The translations under genes and the position numbers were made by a program. Below the pieces are notes generated by a model. That model worked only from the letters and a program-made list of their open reading frames with translations, had not been told where the DNA came from and did not search any database. Positions 41,058-51,186 of a DNA stretch of 56,047 bases are shown in pieces. Within the stretch, counting starts at the first letter, position 1. Every line of letters begins with the position of its first letter. The stretch is from Actinomycetota bacterium (lineage in GTDB: Bacteria; Actinomycetota; Actinomycetes; S36-B12; UBA5976), in NCBI GenBank assembly GCA_041170365.1, contig JBEAYY010000002.1, forward strand, positions 1-56,047, in the 5' to 3' direction.

Positions 41058-41800
41058 TGGAATTACTTCTTGCACTTTTTGCGGGAATGGCAAGTGGTTT
41101 CTTAAATGTTGTAGCAGGTGGTGGAACTCTTATTGTTTTTCCAACTTTAGTTGCCCTAGGCCTTTCACCCTTAGTAGCTAATGTGACTGCGGCAGTTGGT
41201 GTTTTTCCAGGATCTCTTGCAGGAAGTTGGACTTATAGAAAATTATTAGTCGAGAATAAAAAACTGGCTTATCTTTCGGTAATTTTTATGCCCATATTTT
41301 CTTTTTTTGGAGCATTACTATTACTTCGACTCCCTGAAAAGAATTTTGAATTTATTGTGCCATTTTTAATCGGTACTGCTGGATTATTAGTAGCTATTCA
41401 ACCATTTGTATATAAATTATTTCCCCAAAAGAGTAAAAATATTTCCCTCAAATTAGTTATTCCAGGATTTATAGTCTCAGGAATTTATGTAGGTTACTTT
41501 GGAGCAGGAACAGGAGTAATACTTTTAGCAATTTATGGATTAGCAGGATTAGCCAACATTCAGCAAGCAAATGGTTTAAAAAATCTTGGTTCAGGTGCGG
41601 GTAATGCGGTCGCAGCTTTTATTTTCATTCTCTCTGGTTTAGTTGTTTGGAAATTTGCCCTATCTGTTGCGCTGGGCTCGATCATCGGTGGAATTCTTGG
41701 TGGAAGGATTGCTCAAAAACTAGATGCCTCTATTTTTAGACTTATAATTCTTATCATTGCGGCAATTGCAGCAATTTATCTATTTATTCAAACTAATTAA
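41057..41800 (+). CDS. TauE/SafE (TSUP) family transporter
   Basis: NVVAGGGTLI.FP.L, YVGYFGAGTG and ANGLKN motifs. Confidence 0.9.
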   Translation: MELLLALFAGMASGFLNVVAGGGTLIVFPTLVALGLSPLVANVTAAVGVFPGSLAGSWTYRKLLVENKKLAYLSVIFMPIFSFFGALLLLRLPEKNFEFIVPFLIGTAGLLVAIQPFVYKLFPQKSKNISLKLVIPGFIVSGIYVGYFGAGTGVILLAIYGLAGLANIQQANGLKNLGSGAGNAVAAFIFILSGLVVWKFALSVALGSIIGGILGGRIAQKLDASIFRLIILIIAAIAAIYLFIQTN

Positions 41801-42636
41801 ATTCCAAAAAATCTACCAACTTGCCAGCCCATTTGTTCTATTAGATTTATTGCATCAATTCTTAAATACCAAAGATTTTTAAAGCCTTTTATTCCATAGT
41901 GTGCACCTTGTTCAAATCCACCTATCAAACCATCGAGTGCTGGATTTTTAGAATTATTTATTTTGATTCTTATTTCCTCCATACCATGAAAAATCACTTC
42001 TTTAGATGCTTCCACTTGCTCACCGAATAAATTTAAAACACTTGAAACTTGTAAATCTATCTCGGGAAAACCTAATTTTTTATTTAGTTCTTTTATAACT
42101 TCTCTTGATGTTCTTTCGTTAGCAAAAAGAAACAGCGCTATGGCTAATGGAACTATATGATTGGCTTTAGAATTAATCAACGAATTTTGATTCTTTCTTT
42201 TTACTTTCCAAAGTGGGTGATTTTTCATAAAATTTGAGCAAATATTATTTGAATTTTCTTTGTCCTCATAAAATAATTTGGGATTTTTAACAACTTCAAT
42301 CCATTCATTTCTTGCCTGAAGTAAACAGTTTGAAATATCGGTAATACTTAACTTTTTATTCCGCCTGGCACTTGAAATAAGTGCATCAATTGCAAATAAA
42401 ACTAATTGAAAATTATGACTAATTAACGAATCATGTGGAGGAGCTGTAATCCCTTTTTCCCCATAGAGTTTAAGTATCTCTTCTTGAGTTTTTCCTTGTA
42501 AACAACTTCCCATTACATCGCCAATGGCAGATCCCATTAATGCACCAAGAATACGGTCTTGTTTCGAATGTGGCACAGGTTTAGTCCGAAATAATGATCT
42601 CGCTAAATTCGGACTTTGGTAACTCAAGAGAACCAC
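41797..42636 (-). CDS. degenerate ADP-ribosylglycohydrolase-family protein
   Basis: N-terminal DRILGALMGSAIGDVMG and C-terminal G...GAHYG..G...W match the family. The catalytic TDD is replaced by SHN. Confidence 0.65.
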   Translation of the reverse strand: MVLLSYQSPNLARSLFRTKPVPHSKQDRILGALMGSAIGDVMGSCLQGKTQEEILKLYGEKGITAPPHDSLISHNFQLVLFAIDALISSARRNKKLSITDISNCLLQARNEWIEVVKNPKLFYEDKENSNNICSNFMKNHPLWKVKRKNQNSLINSKANHIVPLAIALFLFANERTSREVIKELNKKLGFPEIDLQVSSVLNLFGEQVEASKEVIFHGMEEIRIKINNSKNPALDGLIGGFEQGAHYGIKGFKNLWYLRIDAINLIEQMGWQVGRFFGI

Positions 42637-42719
42637 CTTTAGTTAATCAATAATAAAAGATGATTTGAATTATTTAAATTAGTAAAACAAACTAAGTACC
42701 TAATTTGGTATGTCTGAAT

Positions 42720-43568
42720 TTAAACTAAGGATAAAATCCCTGCTGCTATAAATGCAAAACTTATTCCTAGATATTGAATTAATCTCAATTTTTCTCCTAA
42801 GAATGCAGCTGCCAAAATAACTGTTGCTGCCGGATACAAAGAAGCAATAACTGCATTTATTGAAACTGTGCCTTGATATGCAGCAATAACAAAAACTGCA
42901 TTAGCGCTTGCATCTAATGCACCAGATATTAAAACTAAAGATAACATTTTTGAGTCATATCCAGTTTTAAGTTTCTCTTTAATTTTTATAAAAAAGAAAA
43001 TAATCACTAATACTGATGAAGTTGCTCTGGCTACAACTAGTGTCCACATTCCATTATCTTCAGATGAAAATCCCACGATTGAAAGAAATGTTCCAATTAA
43101 TAAACCAGAAAGAATTGCTAACGCTAAACCTTTACCACTGACAATTAATTTGCTTCCAGTCGGAGAAGTTTCAAGGCTAACTAAAAATACAGAAATGATT
43201 GCAAGACCAATTCCAATCCAGGCAAGCCATGTTAAATTTTCTCCAAAAAATATTCCAGCAATTATTGGGATCATTGTTGAAGCAGCTGCTGTTACTGGGC
43301 TCATTACACCCATTGGTCCAATAGCAAGTGCTACATACAAAAAGCCCATCGCAAGTATTCCAACTAACCCCGCTATCAGTCCTAAATAGATTGCTTGATT
43401 TGAAAGTGTTCCTGGCAACATGAATGCATAAATTAACAAGAAAAAGAAACCTGCAGGATAAGACAGAACTAATACTTTTACAGCGGAAATCTTTTTACTT
43501 ACAAAACCACCAAAAAAATCTGCTGTTCCCCACATCAAACTAGAGATCAGAGCCAAAAATGCAGACAT
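42720..43568 (-). CDS. EamA/DMT-family transporter
   Basis: WGTADFFGG, GPMGVMSPV and SLYPAATV motifs. ATG 43568 preferred (leaderless-type promoter). Confidence 0.88.
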   Translation of the reverse strand: MSAFLALISSLMWGTADFFGGFVSKKISAVKVLVLSYPAGFFFLLIYAFMLPGTLSNQAIYLGLIAGLVGILAMGFLYVALAIGPMGVMSPVTAAASTMIPIIAGIFFGENLTWLAWIGIGLAIISVFLVSLETSPTGSKLIVSGKGLALAILSGLLIGTFLSIVGFSSEDNGMWTLVVARATSSVLVIIFFFIKIKEKLKTGYDSKMLSLVLISGALDASANAVFVIAAYQGTVSINAVIASLYPAATVILAAAFLGEKLRLIQYLGISFAFIAAGILSLV

Positions 43569-43607
43569 GGAGTAAAACATAGCACTTATATCTGGCAAAG
43601 TATTTGT

Positions 43608-44075
43608 ATGGCTTTGACTTTGACACAATTTTTTGAAAGTGAACTTAATTTAGAAGAACTTAAAACCATTATTTTAAATGAAGAATTCCAAATACAAAGA
43701 AACAAAGACTTAAAATTATCCAATTATGAAATTTCATCAAAAGCTTTATCAAATTTGATAATTAACAAAGTTTTAGAAATTGACCTTCCAGCCAATGTCT
43801 CTGCCATGGTGTCAAATCCTTTTGAAGTAATTGAGATTTGGAATTTGGCTGAAAAAGATAAAATATTAATCACAATTAATATACCTAAGATTCAGTCAGG
43901 TATTTTTGTAGAAATTTACAAAACTGACACTAATAAAATTCAAGTTGATTCAGAAATAAAATCAAAGGTTTTTATGATGGGAAGTTTTGTCGAAGAGTAT
44001 GTTTCTAAATTTTGGAAAAAATTAATTGAAAAAGACTTAACGCTTCTAATTAATTGGCAGATTAGTCAAATTTAG
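43608..44075 (+). CDS. DUF2505-like (SRPBCC/START-fold) protein, highly diverged
   Basis: Size, the LPANVSAMV...EIW and KSKVFMMGSFVEEY patterns, and actinobacterial synteny next to the HAD gene. Confidence 0.55.
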   Translation: MALTLTQFFESELNLEELKTIILNEEFQIQRNKDLKLSNYEISSKALSNLIINKVLEIDLPANVSAMVSNPFEVIEIWNLAEKDKILITINIPKIQSGIFVEIYKTDTNKIQVDSEIKSKVFMMGSFVEEYVSKFWKKLIEKDLTLLINWQISQI

Positions 44076-44721
44076 TTTTAAAGATACTTTCTAATTCATC
44101 TTTTGTCGTTTCATAATCAATATGCAAAACACCAATCATGCCCAAATCACTTGCACCTTTAATATTGTGTACAAGATCATCCACGAATACAGATTCTTCT
44201 GCATTAACTTTTAATAAATTCAGTGTATGGTGAAAAATTTCTGGATCTGGTTTTCTCATACCCACTTCACCAGAAATAATTACTTCATCAAACATTTCAT
44301 CCCAGCCATCTCGTGGGTAATTGTTTCCCCAAGAATTCGAGAGTAGAGCGGTTTTAAATCCCATCTTTTTTGCTCTATGAACCAAACCATTCATATCAGG
44401 AGCATGCTCAAAAAAATCAAACATTCTGGAAAGTAAACCTTCTTGCTCAACATCTATATTTCCTAAAGTTTTCAGTGCATGAGCCAATTCTTTTTCAAAA
44501 TCAGGTACATTCATTTCCCCTTTTTCTAAGGCATGTATTGGATTAATTCTTAATTCTTTTTCGGCTTCTGGTCCAAGCCAATCATTAAAAACTTTGTAAT
44601 AGGTTTGTAAATCAATTTTTTCCTGTTTAGTCCAATTAGTAAGCATGTGATCTAAACCATTTGTTAATACTCCGCCCCAGTCAACAATTAACGCTTTTGG
44701 CTTAATGAATGAATTAGACAT
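44062..44721 (-). CDS. HAD-family phosphatase (epoxide hydrolase N-terminal/YihX-like)
   Basis: DWGGVLT, LLSNSWG, RKPDPEIF and FVDD motifs. Confidence 0.9.
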   Translation of the reverse strand: MSNSFIKPKALIVDWGGVLTNGLDHMLTNWTKQEKIDLQTYYKVFNDWLGPEAEKELRINPIHALEKGEMNVPDFEKELAHALKTLGNIDVEQEGLLSRMFDFFEHAPDMNGLVHRAKKMGFKTALLSNSWGNNYPRDGWDEMFDEVIISGEVGMRKPDPEIFHHTLNLLKVNAEESVFVDDLVHNIKGASDLGMIGVLHIDYETTKDELESIFKTKFD

Positions 44722-44738
44722 GAGAACTACCTTACTGC

Positions 44739-45965
44739 CTAACTTGCTGTCTTAAGTTTTCTTACGCCTTTCTTTGGCAAGAAGTTTTCATTGATTAAAT
44801 AATGAGCTAATTCATTGAAGGACGCTGTTATTTTTTTATTATCTTTATTAATAACTTCTTTTGCATTTAACCAATATGTAGCAAAAAGTTCAATATCTTC
44901 ATCAATTTTGATTATTCTTTCTTCAGAAGTCCAACGAAATAAAATATCATTTATAACACTTTCATATTTTTTTCCCAAATACACTTCATTGACTTTGTTT
45001 AAAACTATCAGTGGCTGAATTGAACTGAAATCCTTAAGTAATTCTAAATTTTCATTACACCTAATTAATGAAAGTGGATTTGCTTGCATAACATAAACTA
45101 TTTTGTTGGATAATTCTAAAATCTTGGGAATGTGATCAAATCTCTTAAAAATGCCTTGATCATAGTTATCTTTTTCAATTTGCTCAGGTAAAACTGAACT
45201 TAAATCACAAATAATATTGGCGTAATATTGACTTGCAAATTTCAAAACTTCTAAAAGACCTGTTGTTCTTAACTCTGGCCATCTTTTTGCATGAGAAATT
45301 CCTGTTATAACATGCAAATTTTTGGAAACTTCAAAAATGTTATTATCAAAGTTTTGTTTATTTAATTTTCCATACATAGCATCATGAATAATTGAAGATA
45401 TTCCTGGAATTTCACTTACTAAACTTAAACTTGAAGCAACTGAGGGCGCAATTGCATCTAAATCGACTAATAGAGTTGGTTGATCTGCGCTAGCTAAACA
45501 AAAAGCGGTGTTGATAGCAATGGTTGTCCTACCAGGAGCGCCATGATTTCCCCAAACAGAAATTAAACCTGGAATAGAGGTTTCAACATTAAATTTTTGT
45601 TCTTTAGATTCAATTAAATTAAGTAACTGCAATGCCGATGACTCTACGTCCTTAAAATTTATACTTTGTGTAAATTTGATACCAAGATTCTTTAATTTTT
45701 CAAATTGGTCTAAATCATCCGATAGATAAACACCAATAACTTTATGCTCATTTTGATTAATATGTTTTATTGTTTCTAGATTTAACAATGAAAAATCAGC
45801 TGTAATTATTACAGTTAATGCTTTTTTTGTTTGAATACTCGAAATTAAATCCACTGCATCTACGCAACGTCTTTTAATTACTAAGTTACTTTGTTCATTT
45901 AAATTAGATATTAACTCTAATTGCCATGCTTGGTCATTTAAACCTAAAATGATTTCAGTTTTCAA
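44739..45965 (-). CDS. CpaE/MinD/ParA-like ATPase with N-terminal pseudo-receiver domain
   Basis: KRRCVDAVDL N-domain, deviant Walker A SVWGNHGAPGRTT, LLVDLD, RWPELR and IICD. Confidence 0.75.
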   Translation of the reverse strand: MKTEIILGLNDQAWQLELISNLNEQSNLVIKRRCVDAVDLISSIQTKKALTVIITADFSLLNLETIKHINQNEHKVIGVYLSDDLDQFEKLKNLGIKFTQSINFKDVESSALQLLNLIESKEQKFNVETSIPGLISVWGNHGAPGRTTIAINTAFCLASADQPTLLVDLDAIAPSVASSLSLVSEIPGISSIIHDAMYGKLNKQNFDNNIFEVSKNLHVITGISHAKRWPELRTTGLLEVLKFASQYYANIICDLSSVLPEQIEKDNYDQGIFKRFDHIPKILELSNKIVYVMQANPLSLIRCNENLELLKDFSSIQPLIVLNKVNEVYLGKKYESVINDILFRWTSEERIIKIDEDIELFATYWLNAKEVINKDNKKITASFNELAHYLINENFLPKKGVRKLKTAS

Positions 45966-46545
45966 TTTGCACCAGATCCAATCCTTCTGTTCGTGATGAT
46001 TTGATTAATGTTGCAACCATGTCTTGTGGAATGGCGACAACAACAGTTGAAACTCCACCAAAATTAGTGTTTAACTCATCTACCCAAACTATTGAAATTT
46101 TTGGGATCAAAAGTGTTGAAGTATTTGTTAATGGATCGCTAAACCAAACATCAACCTCGTCATTTTCTTTTAGATTTGGAGGCAGATGTCCATTAGGAAT
46201 CTTTAGTGAAACATTTCTGTAATTTGTTCTTTTACTAACAGTAATTTGAGAAATTAGTTCATTCTTATTGACAATTTGTTTTGCAAATAGTCCTATGGGG
46301 CTTTGTTCTTCTAAAAGATACTGACTAGCAATATTTGCTAGGTCAAACGGCTGAAGTTCAACATCTGATTCTTTTATCAATTGTCCTAGAGGAATGGATT
46401 TTGTGGCAACCCAAAAATTCTCTCGCTTTTTAGCTTTCTCAGTAGATAAATATAATGCTGAAACTGTAAAGACAAAAATAGTTAAGGCTGCAAAAATATA
46501 AACAATTCGATAATTATTTGATTTTAATCTTAAAGATTTTTTCAT
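45955..46545 (-). CDS. SAF/CpaB-like membrane-anchored protein
   Basis: N-terminal TM, WVATKSIPLGQLI.ESD (SAF) and LKENDEVDVW (CpaB/RcpC-like). Confidence 0.7.
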   Translation of the reverse strand: MKKSLRLKSNNYRIVYIFAALTIFVFTVSALYLSTEKAKKRENFWVATKSIPLGQLIKESDVELQPFDLANIASQYLLEEQSPIGLFAKQIVNKNELISQITVSKRTNYRNVSLKIPNGHLPPNLKENDEVDVWFSDPLTNTSTLLIPKISIVWVDELNTNFGGVSTVVVAIPQDMVATLIKSSRTEGLDLVQIEN

Positions 46546-46557
46546 TTAAAAAATTAT

Positions 46558-47079
46558 CTATTCACTTCTATATTTTACCCATTGAATAGCATCAATCTGT
46601 AAAGTTAGTATTTCACTATTTGTTGAAAGATCAATATGATCACTAAAAAAATTACTCAATTTACCTGTAAAATGCTTTTGATTTACTGTTCTAATATTCA
46701 CAGATTTTTTTTCTATCATTAATTCTCTTAAATTTGATTTGAAATTCCACTTTTCTTCAAATTTTGTTAATTTTGAATTTATTAGATCCAAGTGATTCAC
46801 ACCCAATATTTGATTTATTTTTATTAAGTAATTGAAATTACTTTCTTCTACAACAATATGATCTGTGCAAACTTCTAAAATTTTTGCATAAAAATTCATA
46901 TCTGCCAGATAAAATTTTTTGATCTGACCTATATGAGGCTTTAATCGATTGACTAAACAGACTTGATTTAATTCAGTTCTGGTTTGTGACTCAAATAGAA
47001 CGTCCTCTTTTTGTAATAGATATGAGTGCGCTTGAATCTCTAGATTTCTTTCAAGATCTTTTAGGTACTTATAATTCAT
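46558..47079 (-). CDS. hypothetical protein with two Sm/LSm-like beta repeats
   Basis: 173 aa ORF with two similar segments (...AKILEVCTDHIVV...LIKINQI and ...GKLSNFFSDHIDL...LQIDAI). Confidence 0.7.
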   Translation of the reverse strand: MNYKYLKDLERNLEIQAHSYLLQKEDVLFESQTRTELNQVCLVNRLKPHIGQIKKFYLADMNFYAKILEVCTDHIVVEESNFNYLIKINQILGVNHLDLINSKLTKFEEKWNFKSNLRELMIEKKSVNIRTVNQKHFTGKLSNFFSDHIDLSTNSEILTLQIDAIQWVKYRSE

Positions 47080-47141
47080 TAATGTATTTAAACTGAAATT
47101 TAAACTACCGTCTATAAATTTGGGGCAAATTTAGCCCACAC

Positions 47142-47186
47142 TATTTTTGATTTCTTATTGACTTTAAATCAAAAATAATTCATTCT
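47142..47186 (+). promoter_or_regulatory. sigma70-type promoter TTGACT-N17-CATTCT overlapped by a perfect 12-bp inverted repeat
   Basis: TATTTTTGATTT-N12-AAATCAAAAATA (47142-47177); -35 at 47158-47163, -10 at 47181-47186. Confidence 0.55.
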
Positions 47187-47212
47187 ACTTACTCACATAA
47201 AAGGGAGAGAAT

Positions 47213-47692
47213 ATGAAAATAATTCCATTAACTCAAACACCTGATTCAACACTTCTTATAAGTATTAAGCCTGAGATTTTAAAGATTAATGAATGGATAC
47301 AAGAAGAATTAAATTATGAGCAGATTGATTCAGTAATAAATTTAAATCAAAATAGATTAAGTTCTAATGGTCTACCAGAACCTAAAGCTTGGACAAAACA
47401 GCTTGTAACAGGAATTGCTGAAGTCTTAATCGGTGAAAGGCCAATTTTTCAATTAATGCGCTGGGTATCATTTGATGTTTATTTAGAAATAGATAAAAAC
47501 ATTAAGCAAAGAGACAACAAAAGTAAACAACGAATTAGACCATTAATTAGAAGTGTTCATATTGATCAAACAAGTGAAAATGTTGTTGAAGCTATCGCTG
47601 TCATTCAAAAAGGAAAACGTGGGAGAGGAATGGGAATCAGACTTGAGGCAGAAGAAGATAGATGGCGCTGTACAGAACTTCTAGTTGCTTGA
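47213..47692 (+). CDS. Rv3235-family protein
   Basis: LPEPKAW, EVLIGERPIFQLMRW, VVEA and RLE....RWRCTEL; convergent with secA, as in other actinobacteria. Confidence 0.85.
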   Translation: MKIIPLTQTPDSTLLISIKPEILKINEWIQEELNYEQIDSVINLNQNRLSSNGLPEPKAWTKQLVTGIAEVLIGERPIFQLMRWVSFDVYLEIDKNIKQRDNKSKQRIRPLIRSVHIDQTSENVVEAIAVIQKGKRGRGMGIRLEAEEDRWRCTELLVA

Positions 47693-47693
47693 A

Positions 47694-50384
<2,691 letters not shown>

Positions 50385-50434
50385 TTAATAAATTCCTTTA
50401 ATTTTTCTCAGGTATTAACACGTTATGTATATAT

Positions 50435-50450
50435 GTTACGCAATTGTTAC
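50435..50450 (-). promoter_or_regulatory. MtrA/GlnR-type direct repeat upstream of secA
   Basis: GTTAC-GCAATT-GTTAC on the plus strand (GTAAC-N6-GTAAC on the minus strand), 11-bp period. Confidence 0.5.
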
Positions 50451-50495
50451 TTTTGTGCGAGCGCTAGTCCTACATTTGCAGTATTTACTCACAAA

Positions 50496-51110
50496 TTAAT
50501 TACAGGCAATCACAACGCATCCTTGAACTGTATTTCCTTTTGCCTCTAACGATTTGATTGATTCAGAAATACTGGCTCCGGTAGTTATTAAATCATCAAT
50601 AACAAAAATAGGTCTTTTTTCTTTCTTAGAGACTTTAAAAGAATTAGCTATATTTAACTTTCTATCCTCAAAGCTTAATCCAACTTGATCTTTCCTATTT
50701 TGAACATTTTTTATTAAATTTTCTTTGAAATGATATTTCTTTTTATTTAACAAACATGCCTGCTGTGTCATTTGCGAAATGGGATCTGAGCCTCTTTTTT
50801 TAATATTAAGTGGACTTGTTGGGACATTAACAACTGCATACGTATCATTTTGGCTCAAGATTTCAAGGCCTGCAAAGATGATGAAACTTAAAAGTGATCC
50901 AAGAGAATAGATATTTTTATCCTTATATGAAACTATTAACTCAATAATTTTTGGATCATTTTTAAAGAAATATATTATTTTTTTATCATTAAGTTTTCGA
51001 ATAGAATAGTTGTTAACAATTTTTTTTAAGCAAATAAAACATATTAATTCGCCAACTGCCCCACAGTACTGACAATACTTTTCAAATAATAGTGATGCAA
51101 AAAATTTCAT
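50496..51110 (-). CDS. comF: ComF-family phosphoribosyltransferase-like protein
   Basis: CQYC...CFIC zinc ribbon, KRG, DQVGLS..DR..N and VIDDLITTGAS motifs. Confidence 0.88.
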   Translation of the reverse strand: MKFFASLLFEKYCQYCGAVGELICFICLKKIVNNYSIRKLNDKKIIYFFKNDPKIIELIVSYKDKNIYSLGSLLSFIIFAGLEILSQNDTYAVVNVPTSPLNIKKRGSDPISQMTQQACLLNKKKYHFKENLIKNVQNRKDQVGLSFEDRKLNIANSFKVSKKEKRPIFVIDDLITTGASISESIKSLEAKGNTVQGCVVIACN

Positions 51111-51186
51111 AAATTTAACATAAAACTTATTTTTTATCAGAAATTCTCAATCTCTTAAATTGTTATCAATCAAGAGTTGTGGATCA

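Noticed and set aside
41797-47692. Very AT-rich block as a horizontally acquired island
   Set aside because: Most of these genes (DUF2505, HAD, CpaE-like, SAF, Rv3235) are in the usual secA-adjacent actinobacterial order, and there are no mobility genes. Fast divergence under AT bias explains the composition.
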